From Oopsacas minuta (lineage: Eukaryota; Animalia; Porifera), in the NCBI GenBank assembly GCA_024704765.1, contig JAKMXF010000311.1, forward strand, positions 248,001 through 312,000: a DNA stretch of 64,000 nucleotides, read 5' to 3'. The translations under genes and the position numbers were made by a program. This document shows positions 25,029 to 38,300 of the stretch, one piece after another. Below the pieces are notes generated by a model. That model saw only the letters and a list, made by a program, of their open reading frames with translations, was not told where the DNA came from and searched no databases. Position 1 is the stretch's first letter. The number at the start of each line of letters is the position of its first letter.

Positions 25029-28000
25029 TTAGGAGAAGTATGGTCTTTTGGGGACTGGGGGTGGTTCCTTGTGCGGGACAGGGGGTGGGGTATTTTGTTG
25101 GATTAAAAACGATTCTGACGGTTTTTCACGCGGGGGTATTATTGGAGGTGGTGATGTAGTTGTTGGTTCTGGGTTATAAACATGGGATAGGCTTGTTTTG
25201 CGTTTTGGAGCTTGTATGTAGTTGTGAGGAGGAATCTCAGGTAAACTCGTGTCACTAGATGAAGAATGTTGAACCTATAGCATAGAAAATGAGAGGTTAA
25301 ATATGGTCGACACAGTAAAAACTACGTGATTTATACTAAATGGGTTGTTATGTGCATCAAATCAATATTCTATCTCTAAAATAGAAAAAATAAAAAATAT
25401 CGAGAAACTCGAAAAAATGGGAATATATCAGAGAAAATATCTGGAAAATCAATATTGAAAATTTGATATTTTTCATCCGAATCTTGCAAATTTCATTTTT
25501 TCTCCGTGGACGATGTACAGCTAAAAGTATAATAGATTAATGGCTGATACTTTCAGGGTACACGGATAATTACCAATTTCAGACAAAACAAAATCTATGA
25601 CAATCTGTTTCAGGTCTCTAGCCACTAAGGTGGGTTGTATATTGACGCGAGGGTGTGTAGGATTACAACTTGTGCCGACTGCCATTAGCTATTAATTAAA
25701 TATGTTAATGTTACATAATTATTCTGAGGTAATATTCCACGCATAAAACTCTCACTAAATCAATCTTTGAACAGATATCGAATATTGAATACAGTGAAAC
25801 TTCTACAAATAGGGAGACGAAATATTTTCAAACTTCTATCATGTACATTGACTGAGCAGTGTGCGATAATGTGATATTTCGACAATCCCAAAAGGTGACA
25901 ATTACGTCATATTTCCGTCAATGTGTGTATTTTCGTCCAAGACACGAATTTGACAGATCCAGGCCCAAATACGCTCGCGGCTCCATTTGCCAAAATCAAC
26001 CCTGGGGTCTTCCAGTTTCTTCAATCAATTCCAAACATACAAACATATATACGTATATACGTATATATACACACAGAGATTAATTGATTAAAGTTACCTC
26101 AAATCGTCGCATATCGACCACAGAAAATGTTCTAGACTTTGGAGGTGGAGGCGATACTGATTGGAGAGATTGTGATAATTCCGCTACGTGTAGGTTATCA
26201 TGGCTAGAATCCAGAGTTTCATTTCTTGGCTCTTTCTTTGGGACAGGAGGGGCGTGTCTCCTTACCGGCGGTTGAGGGCCGTTGGAATGTGAGACAAACG
26301 GTTGAGGCATAGGAGGCGGGGGAACCCTGTGGTTTAAGAGAATATAAGGATCGTACTATATGAGTTTGAAAATATACAGTCAACATCTGGTAACTCGAAC
26401 ATTCGTAATCTCGAGCGAATATTCACTTCCTTTCGTTGTACTTTTAGTACTTATTACATCCGTTCACTCGAACATTCGTTATCTTGAACAGATTTTTGAA
26501 TTCCCCTGGGGTTCGAGTTACAGAATGTTAACTATAATTTAATTAAAAATAAGTGAAAATGGCACCGAAAAAAACTCAAGCATTTTGTTCCATTGTTCTC
26601 GTGACCAATTTTCAAAATACATCATAAATTAAGGAACACAATTGCCATAACTTAATATTGCTATCTTCACAACAAGCCAGATAATAGTAGTAAAGATTTT
26701 AGCCTTCAATAGATAATTATTCAAAGTTACCCATCGTCTAGATCTGTTGAACTTGAATAACTCATATTCGTATCGTCACTCTGCAGACTAGCTTTTGAAT
26801 TCCTATAAAGGTAATCAGAATGTCTTTTAACCTCTAAATTGACAACATTGAGAGAGTTTTCGCGCAAAACCTGTGCTGTAGATTCGTCTATAGCTATGTA
26901 TTGATCGTCATCTATCGGGGAAGTTGCTATTGATTCGGAATCTCTTATAGCTGAATATGAATTAAAAGGGATTGGTGGTAGCGGTTGATTTGTAATTGAA
27001 TGGTCCTAGAGAATAATTAGGAATACATTTAACAAATGACTAAATGCTGTTTTCCAGAGGGAATTTTCACATTATTCTACATTTCTGGATATATCCCCGA
27101 TTCCTCCCGAAAGTATCCACTAATATAGCAAAATAATATTTTCCCAGGGTTAAGACGTGAAATCCTGCGATAATCCATGCACTTTATTTCCATTTTTAGC
27201 AATATTTCTGAATATTTTGGGAGGAATGGGGGAAAAAGCGTGATATCTCGGGAAATTTGTAAATGGATTGGTATAAGCATGATGCTTGGCAAAACCATTT
27301 TTATACAAACCTGCATTTCAGGGAAGAGAGAAACAGATCTCTCTTTCTTAGGAATAGGTGGAAGATCTATTTCTGGTGCTGTTTGCTGATTCTTTATTTT
27401 GTGTATTTTCCTTTTTTTCGGGACCACTATATCAAAATAAATTTATACTATAATAAATGTACATCAAATTAATGACAGTCATATCGGACACGGATATATC
27501 GAAGTCTGAATTTGTACAAATATGGAGCCAAACCGTCAAAGTAGCATAGATGAAAGACATCATCAGTTCTATCGAAATCCGCATATTTCGAAGGAATTAT
27601 CGTGGGACCTTGAGCTTCAATATAACAGGAGATGTTTGTATTTTAAATAATGATCAACATAAGTCAATACAGAGGACTTTTGCTAGTTTAATTGTATTAC
27701 GATTTGACAAACAAACCAAACAAGCTTTTATGTTTCTTCTTTGGGCTCCTACCACCTACACTATCGTCACATCTGTCATCCCAGATTTCTGAATTTCTGA
27801 TATCAACAAATAAACTCTGTGTTAGTTTAGCTGGATCATCTGATATACCAGAAATGGGATAAGTACCTAAATATGAGTATTTTGTAATTTATTTTAGTGA
27901 CGTTAGATAGAAGTCTGATGATAAATAAGAACTAATGACAAATTCAAATTTTGCGAAAATCATAGAAAATGTTCTCTAGCTAAAATATCAAATCCAAATC

Positions 28001-31000
28001 CAAATACAGAAGTAACCGCATAAACGGGGTGACAGAGACGCCGAAAGATGTTACCCCGTTACTGCCAGATTTCCTGTCGTGTAGGGTCAATTTTAAGGGA
28101 TTATGAATTCGCTCTATTTATTTTCACTCCGTTTCCAGAAGTTTCCGTTTTCAACGGCTTCATTGTGGAGGTCACACTGTACGTACGTAATAAACTCACC
28201 AATAGTTTTCTCAACATTGCATGAAGCAGTTAGTTCAGATCTTCCAAATACATTTCTCTCCAGCTGTATAAAACAAGTCTCCATCTTCTCATGAAATGGC
28301 TTAAGATCACCACTAACTCTCTGGCTGTGTAGAATTAAGCCTTCGCGTAATACTTCTATTTGATTTACTATTAAAACATTTAGTTGTTGTACGAACTCAT
28401 TGTGTTCTGGGTGCTCAATCAGATAGTTGTCATTAAAAAATGCCTAAATACACAATGCGTAACTACGTTTAGAGGTGACATTTAAAAACAAACATTCCAT
28501 GCTCACCTTTTGGTAGTTACTAATTCCACCCATTACAGCTGCATCAATTACTCCATTAAGAGCCATACTAAGTGGGTTAATGCTAAGGCCAGGATCTTTC
28601 TTGTATTTACTGATTAAACTCTCTATTTCTTTATTCTTAAGTTCTACTGTTTGTAGCGCGTTTTCTAACGGACTGATTTTTATCTAGATATTTATATTTG
28701 TCAAAGGTAAAGATCGTTGCTAAAACCAAGAGAAATAGAATAATGAGCTACAAATAACTTGAATTTGGAATGGTTATTAGCCAAAAAATCTTCAGCACGG
28801 ACGCATACTTGCCAACCCTCCCAGGATCCCAGGATTATCCCAGGAGTTTACAAGAAATCCAGGGAAATTATTGTAAGGAGTTGATAAGTATGCAGACGAG
28901 TCTTTATACACCAAATAATACAAACCTTACTAGAAGAGGCTACTTCAGACCATTTCAATATCCCAGGGAATTCCTCTCTCGTTATATAATTTGTCCTCTC
29001 AATCCACATACTAGCAAACTCGTTCTCTTTATCTTTCTTACCGACATGATACGCTTTATTATATATGAATGTTATCACAGAATTTCCTTTATAATATTCG
29101 TATACTTTTTCAGGAACATTTTTATCTCTGAATAAGAAGAAATCTTGAGGAATAGGTTCTACCGCGTAGATTTGTAAATGCATTGATTCTGAGTTGAGGA
29201 TTACGTCTTCAGGAGGGTTAGTAGTAGACATCAGCTGGAAGGAACATAAATAATTAGAGTACCTTAGTTCCAGTGTTCCACCCAATTTACGGGGAGGCAA
29301 GGCATCTGATACAATTACACCCAAATTTCGTGTACTCTAAATTCCTGGGACAAGCAAAATGTAAAATATCAGGGTGGATAAGGTATTACATTTCCGCTAA
29401 ACTATCTATATTAACGAAGAACAATGCTCTGAACAGGTGTTTCAATTATATGGCGACAACTTTATTAAACTCTAACAAATACAAACGAAGCAATTAGTAA
29501 ATACCACTATTAATGATACACATTTTGAGATAATTAAAGATTTCCTTTAAGAAATTAGAGGAGAATTTAATCAAAATGATCTTATGAGATAAATTGGGAA
29601 TTTACAGGAAATTCATCACTCGTAAACAATGAGAATAACGCAAATAGTAAATATCTGTAAGAAACCCGTAGATTATAGTCGTTGATAATTTTAACGAGTA
29701 CATAGTGTATTACATTACCTGAGCATTAGGGAATTCTTCTTGTAATTTGAACATAAAGTCATTAAGTTTCTCGTACTCATTGCCTTGATATACGAATGAT
29801 TTATTCTATAGACAAAGATAAAAGAAAACGAAGTGTTGTTAATCTTCGTTAATTGCCAGATGAATATCAGGCCTGCAAATCCACGAACAATAAATAGTAA
29901 ATAAAGGCAAAATCGTATTAACCAATTAGATTCTCATCGAAAAGGAATTGAACGGGGCTAAAATCTCCACTCTTCCTTGTGGAGTTTCGTTGTAACCATG
30001 TTCATATTAACAAGTGTCTATTCTATGTCGAGTATCGAGGATAATTCAGATCAAAGACTGTTTCAATATCAGTGAGATCTACAATGTTTGAACCCGATTA
30101 TCACAGTTCAAACATTATCTTATAATTATCTAATTAGATAGAACACGGAATTTCGGATATAATCACGATTTTAATAGAATTAAATTAGACAAAGATGTGA
30201 TCAGGCATAGAAGTTACGAAGCGATTTCATGAATAGAGACTGCATCCAGATTGTTGATGTGGTAAGCTACATACGTTTGAGTGAACTTTCTTTCACTGTG
30301 ACACAATAACAGTGTTGGAGAAGAATACATTAAAGTATAGACAGCGTATGTAGTAACATGAATAGATTTCTAATGACGTATTATCTGTCTGGGATATAGA
30401 ATGCTATTGAAATTGCGTAATAATGATTTCAAACAATATTCGAGCCAACGCTCATGGGACAGTGATAAGTACTTCAATATACGCGGAGTTCGATATAACC
30501 AAATATTTTGTTACTTTGACGGTTTGGGACCATATTTTTACACTTTCAAGGTTTCGATATAAGCATGTATTTCGATATGTCCGTATAAGGAGTTACTGTA
30601 CTTATTCAAAAACTCCATGCAATTGTTCTATTGATGATCGCTTAACATTCCATCAAGTAAGTCTCACAAGATAAAGGTTTTAGGAGTGCAAATAATTATG
30701 GACTGGTGGAATTTGAAAGTTGACATAAGATATCTGGAATTTACGGACAGTTAAGACAGTTTAAACAGGTTTAACACGAATTTCATTTGGCCAAGTTGAC
30801 CTGTTCAAAATATACCCGGTTGGTCCAGTTGAAACCTAACCAACCTGAATGTCTCATACGCTCATATTCATGTTTGCTATAATTAACCATAATAGTAATT
30901 TTAGGATAACTTTTGTATTAATTTAATTCACTTTTATCACACTTAATTAACCTACAATTATGATGTAAACTGAAGAGGATTCAATAGACTTTATTATCCT

Positions 31001-34000
31001 CCTCAGATGGCTTGATTGTACATGTAAATGATAACACATGAACATGGGAGTCAATGTTTATCACCATGTTAATATGTATCAAAAGCCAAGAAATAGCAAG
31101 AATTACTCCAACTTTTTCGTATAAAAGAAGAACACTTAGGTGAATAAATTAGCATAGTTTAACGTACAAAACGTTTAGTGCATTAACATTGGACAATTCT
31201 ATAGGAAAATTGGGATATATTTAGTATAATGATATGTGAGCTGGATAATAGGAATTATCCATCAAATAGTAATAAATATAATTATTGTGAATCATGTCTG
31301 TAGCGGCCAGCTGTACATTACAGCCAAATTCGGCTAGTGCAAGGGTTTTGACATGTCTGATACTTACAGCACTTATCTTAAGAACTAGTAAAGTGTGTAT
31401 CAATAGGTAACATTACTGAAACATATTGGCGCAATATACCGAGATAATCACAATATTTAACACGTCCGCGATAGGAAGCCCAAAATACTGACTCACAGAA
31501 GAGATCAGAAATTGTTTTCAAAAAATTCACTTTTTTGAGAAAATCATTTTATAGTGAAGGTTGCTGACCCGGGCCGGCTTCGAGTCTAATAACTCGACCC
31601 GTTGCGACCTTTACTCTGTGACCCACCAGTGGCTCATGTCGTTGCAAATGTGTTACATAGTTGTATCAACATACCCGAAGGAAGAGAGGAAAGCCTTTAC
31701 CAAAGAATCCAGCTTTAAAATAAGCTCTAGGAAACCTCAATTCTTGAATAATCCTAACATAGAACTTGGCTTGTGTTTGCTAAGAAGAAAAAAGAAATTA
31801 TTTGTTTGTTGCAGAAGAAAATATTCAGAAAAAGTGTATTCTTAAAACTTACCAGAATATCACTCAGTTTTACATAATCAAATATTTCCTCTTCATATTG
31901 CTTACCAAGCTCTTTGCATAAGATTATTCCCATCTCCCAAGCCTAAGTGTTAGAAATTAAATGAATATATAAATACACCAAAAAATCAATCGAGTGGTAA
32001 AATTAGAGCGGCGGTTCCCAACCTGAGGTCCATGGTCCACGGACGACTGCAGGTGGTCCACGAGGTCTCAATTTTGTATGGAAAATTGGTACAGGGGTCC
32101 ATGTGGGTAAAAAGGTTGGGAACCAACCGGTGGTTTATAAGTTCTGGAATGCCCATGATATTCATCATTCAATATTCATACAATAAGAATACATATATGA
32201 GAAATGTAACACGAAATTCTAAAATAAATACCCCATACAATCAGTATATACGAATCACAAGCATCCAGATATAAGCTAACCTTTCCTCTATCAAAATACT
32301 CAATGGATCTTTTCAATATGTATTCTTTCCTATCCCGCTCTCTTTCCGATGTATAAACGTTTTCCATAGGGGGTAGTAGAGCATCTGTCCACTAATTAAC
32401 ACATGGAGAACTCAAGTATAAATCTGTTATAGAAAATATAGTTTTGGGAATTTGAAAAGTTTCAGTCAAAGAGTTCATTGATTTATCGAAGATGATAATC
32501 GAATTCTTTGAAATTTGTTGCTTCACCTCTCACAATAAAGCTTCATTAGCTTCGAAAGTGGTGATATATTTCGCGAAATGATCCTTTAAAGGCAATGTTC
32601 AAGCTTGACAAACGAATCAATTCCTCAATACAGTCAAACCACGTTGTATCGAAGCCCAAGAGAGCATGATAATTACTTCGATATAACAGATTAAAATTTT
32701 GTTATTTTGACTGTTTGGGACGATTTTGTACAATCTCAGATTTCGGTATAAGCGGATATTTTGATATATCCGTGTCCGGTATAACGGGGAGTTGGCTGTA
32801 TAAAAATAACGAATTCTTACTTATAGATAATACGTAATATCAGCTAATCAATGAGACCAAAATCCTTATGCTCCAATTAAACGGAGTCTTTTTGAAATTC
32901 CAAACGGATAAAATGCTCAAACTAATTACTAAATTAGACCAGGTGTATGTCTACAATAGAACACACAATAAATGTCTAACTTCGCATTATTTATAATGTA
33001 CTCAATTATTAGATAGCAAATCACTAACAAGTAATGCTAAATGCACTAGGCTAGTGCAACAGTTTGTTATCATATAGCATGAGTTCGCTAATGGATATTG
33101 TAACAATTCTCAAGGAGGTACGAAACATTTGTCTGTAATTGGTTATCAAATACATATGGGGAATATAATTGAAGTATTTCTATATCATTAAATCAGAATT
33201 CCTGGGTTTTAAGTGTGTGAATCTATCTTTCCTGATGTAGAATTCTCAATTTTCTTTTTCTAGAGTGAAACCTCCACAAATTGGCCTGTGGAACGGATTG
33301 AAAAATAGAGGGAATTCCCAATCCCATAAAATGAACCTCCACAAACGGATATGCAGAAACTTGGTAGCATTTTTCGGGTCCCTGACACCCCATTTGTGGA
33401 GATTACACAGTAGTATGTATTAACCGAGTTTTACTGTAGATAATACTCTCGTATATCCATGCGATAGCAAAATATATTATGATTATGTGAGCTCAAAGTG
33501 TTCATCAACGAATTACATAATCTCCCTCTTGTGTATAAACTAATTATATTAGTTAAGATAGTAATTCCATATAAGGAACAAAAATTATACAATTTAAACT
33601 CCAACCAAATTACTAATGAGTGAATGGTAATCCTTTTTTACACAATACATTCTTAAACAGATTTTATCATACACTATTTGACGTACTGAATTTCTCGTAT
33701 GTATAAACTATTCAAAAAGATGAACAGATCATTGTCAGGGAATAATTAGTAAAAACGAATACATTTGAGATGTATTGTAAATGGTTTTACATAGCAATGC
33801 AATATTCTTTGTTGTAAAAGCTTAATTATTAGAAATAAGGTTATATCAAAGGTTTTTGTTAATTCAAGCTTTTTAAAAGAGATAATTCAGTATGATTTTC
33901 AAGTATTTGTTGCTGTTTGTGTTTTACAAATATTCTGTCTGGGCAATCGATGATTTCGGATTTGATGTTTTGAATTTAAGACAGGAAATAGAGGCAGTTA

Positions 34001-35342
34001 AGGTTGAGATTTTAGGCACAAATAATGCTAGTTTTGATGTGCTAATTATCGTTCGCAGTCAGGTTGGGGAATATCATCAAAAACGTTTGGAACAATTCGA
34101 GGGAAATTTAAGGAAACAAATCCATGACGAATACACGCTAATATTTGCTATTGTTTGTCTTCACGAGATAGAGACTGTAGTACAAGGAAGCTGGACTTTA
34201 ATCCCATTAATCCAACATGAATTTCGCTTTGTACAAAGCGCAAAATGGGTGATAATAACCGAGGATTCCACCGAACTCAATCTCTCGAAATTATCATCAT
34301 TTCTATCTACAAAGGACCCTGTACTACCGCAATACTTTGGACATTGCATCATAGACAAAAAACCTGTAATTATCCATCACTTCTGGCCATACACCATGGA
34401 TAAGATAACATTAAAGTATCCACTTTTCGCTTCGGGTGTTATCTTCAGTCAAACTGTTGTTAGATACTTGAGTGAACTTGATATGGATGACCACATACCA
34501 TCTAATATACCTTATACTACTATTGATATACAACATGAAATAGCGAAGTTAATAAGCACAACGCAGTTGGTGAATTTGACATGTGAAGAATCGTTTTGTG
34601 TTGAGAAAGATAGACATTGTATGACTTGGGTGAATGTACAAATGAATAAGGGCTGTGAGAATAAGGATTATACATATGAAGGTTTAAGTATTGCGGTTAA
34701 AACGTATGCTGAAAACTATAGCACGCGGTTACAGTTGATAATTAAAACGTGGTTGAGTGATACGAGGGATATCACGAAATTCTTCACGCATTCTCTCGAA
34801 AATACAAGCCAATTCGATGGGGAGATTAATTTCATTGATGTTGGATTCAATAATACTGGAGGTGGACATTGCCAAAAAATGCTGTTTATTATGAAATATT
34901 TCTTACAAAACGAGAAAGGGCATTGGTTAGCTATTATAGACGATGATACGTTTATTAATATGGAGAGATTAACAAGAATTTTATCGTGTATTAACCCGGA
35001 AAGCGAAGCAATAATACTCGGAGAAAGATACGGTTTCTTACAAATTGAAGATGGAGGCTATCCCTATATAACAGGAGGAGGAGGCATTCTTATAAACAGA
35101 AAAGCTATAAGAAAATTTATTGATGAGGACGTGTATTGTCCTGTGGGAGCACCTGATGACATGTGGCTTGGTATGCACAGTAAAGTACATGGTATTATAA
35201 TGTTAGATTTCCCAAATTTTCATCAGTCAGTGGAATCTACATATCATAAGGATTACATTAAGAGTTTTATGCCTGTGACGTATCATAGGATAGGTACTGT
35301 TAAGGAGTATGAAGATACTCTCAAGGGATAGTGTTATGTAGC

Positions 35343-35383
<41 letters not shown>

Positions 35384-38300
35384 AATTTGTATGATAAGTA
35401 TGTGTATTGAGTTTATGAGCAGTCTACCTGGATACCTGGATTATCCCGGGAATTATTTACAAATGTGTGTGCATTTTCCAACTAATAAGATGAAAGTGCT
35501 ATTTGTGGATGTAAAACTAAGATTAGGAGAATGCTTTAATGGGGAATCGACAAAACTGAGTACAATTTACTAGCAAAACTATTTTGGTGAACAAAGTGTA
35601 GATGAATATCTTATATCAAATATGCAGATGTATGGCTACTCTATTGATTAAGTGCTTTACTAGCATTCTGAAATATGTCCACGTGAACAGAATACAGTTT
35701 TTATTTGAGCGTAGTTACTCTCATATATACGTGAAGGAGATTATAATGGGTCACCTTGTAATTCTATTATTATGGAAATAATTCTATGATGAGAGCTCGA
35801 GAGGATATATTCATTGATGAGTATGCATAGTTTTTGACAAATAAGGTATAAAGAATCCAATAAAATAAATGGTAAATGGACTGATTTCCCTTGTTAGAGG
35901 GAACTAATGTTTCCATATTTAATGTTTGGAATAATTATGACTAAAATAAGAGTATCTGTGCATGAATAAAGTAAATTGCCATTAAGTGTAGGTAGTCTAT
36001 TAATAAACTGCATTAAATATTAGTAATAATAAACTAGAATTAGTCATCTCTATTTCATTATAGAATACTAACCTCTAACATATCTGAATAGAGTAATAGA
36101 GTATTAGCCGCTTCGCAATAGTTCTGTGCAGCTTCATGTATGTCAAATAGCTTGTGTATATATCTTATGTACACACTAAGATGGTCAATTTCTTTGTAGA
36201 AATTCTATCAAATAGAAATAATTGATCAAAACTTTTTTAGACATGTTGGATACAAAATTTTGAATGTTACCATTAGATTGACTATACAAGATAACTTTTG
36301 ATTTCTATGTTCGTCACCAGGCTGTATATTTCTGAAATCAACTAATCTCTCCAATAGTTTAGTGACCTTATTAACCAGGGATAAACTATTCGCACTGAAA
36401 TCATTATCATCTTCTAGGTTGCAGAGTTCAGATAGTCTAAATAAAAATACACTTAAAACTTGCAAAAATTAAAGAAAATTTATTTATTTACGTTTCATTA
36501 AAGACGTTAGTATATTCTTCGTCTCCTCGACCTTCACTAACGAGTTCATCTAATCTATCCATTATTTCCTCTTCAACCTAAAAACAATATCAACTATGGA
36601 TTAAAATAAACAGTATTCGCATTAATACGATCAAAACTGTGTTTCTAACCGTTTGCAATGTATCTGTAGCATTATACATTGTCTTCATAATGTTGTAGAA
36701 CACTGGGATAATCATCTTTCTTAAATCTAGTAACAAAATTGACTATAAACACAATTCGTTATAGAGACATTAGTGACTGCCTCAGGGGTTTATCCGGGAA
36801 TTTCTGAGCCAGCACTTTGCTCCCTGCCTCACCAAATCTTGTTACGTCACTGATAAACATTATACACCATTATACATGAAGGGATCCCGATTTTATGTGG
36901 TAGGCAGACAGTTAAATGGGAGCTTTTTGCTTCATTTCTTCCCTCACTTAAGATAGAAATATAATTAAATAGAAACTTACTAATCTCTTTCACCAAAGAT
37001 ATTTCAAGAAATGAATGAAGAATGAATGGAATAAAGAATTTCTGATTTTCACCTAGAAGAATGAACAAATTACTACAGCACTATAAATGTGGCTGAATTT
37101 TTGTAAATATCGTCCCAAACCATCAAAGTAACATTAATCCCATCAGTTATGTAGAACTCTCGAAGAATTCATCGCGGGCTCTTAAGCTTCGATACAACAG
37201 GAGTTGGCTGTATACTTTATTCAAAATACAACCATTCTATCCTTGTTATCATTAAAATGCTAATAATATACCATACCCATATGGTATAGAATATAAACTT
37301 CTGTATAGGGGGTTTCTTACTTACTCCTAGACAAAGTTGCTAAAAAATGCATTACCAAACGAATCACATGTTGAAAGTGTTTGCTATTAATAAATGAGTC
37401 TACACAGGTGTGTATGAGATTGGGAGTATTATACATACATACATACGTATATTAAACTGGTATGATGTTATTCAATAAAAGTTTAATTAGAAATTAGAGA
37501 ATTATTAAATTATAATATTAAAGACTGTGTGTATAGAGGAGAGGCAGTTTTTGTAATTAAAATACTATATGGACACAATAAAGGTGAGTATTTTATATCC
37601 GATAAAATTACCTTTGTCAAACTATAGGAAATTAAAGCTAGTAAATTTTATAGCAACGTGGATGTTAATCTATTTAGAGTGTAGCCTCCATAAACGGGGT
37701 CCTAGGAACGTTGAAAATGCATCCCTCGTTTCCCGTTTAAGAGGCTCGGACACTAGGAATTCGTTCTAGTTACTTTCACTCCGTTGTTTCCGCGATTCCA
37801 AAGGCCCCCGTTTTGAAGGGTACACTGTATAGAAGTTGTATAATGCAATAGAGTAACGTTGAAGGAGAAATCATAAGCAAGCATCTCATTACTGCAGTAA
37901 ATACATCAGATACTTTTATAATTCGATGAACTGGTGTGGCCTTTGATTGCTAATTCATGTAAAAATACAGCTTGCATTCTCTGATAATTTTGCAGAATTA
38001 CCACAGTATACTATTGCAAAAATTGACATAAAAATACTATAACGTAAAGTCAAGATGATGTCTAAGTAAGTAAATATTCATCTGTCTAGAATAATAAATT
38101 TATTGCAAGATATCACATTTAATTATTGCTTGGGTGACTTAAGTACTTCGAGTAATATATCTATGATTGTCTTATCTCACATTCTTATTTCTCAGATAAG
38201 TATTTGGGTAAGGAACATCTCGATTGGGATAAGATATAACCTGTTGACCTAGGCAAAAGTGGTCGAGATTATGAAAGCAAATGAATCCAGAACGGCAAAG

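Noticed and set aside
27770-27835. Possible 27-nt intron in DOCK
   Set aside because: A 58-nt intron (gtatat...ttcag) with a ctaac branch site gives the same downstream frame and is more plausible.
29850-31420. Possible additional nested gene in the DOCK intron at about 29810-31650
   Set aside because: Isolated gtaag/ag sites and short frames could not be joined into a coherent ORF.
31560-31650. GC-rich patch with a tcgagt/actcga hairpin and a B-box-like motif (tRNA-like)
   Set aside because: No cloverleaf, acceptor stem or anticodon arm can be built.
35331-35573. ORF with a poly-Leu signal-like run
   Set aside because: Artefact of the (TTG)n microsatellite.
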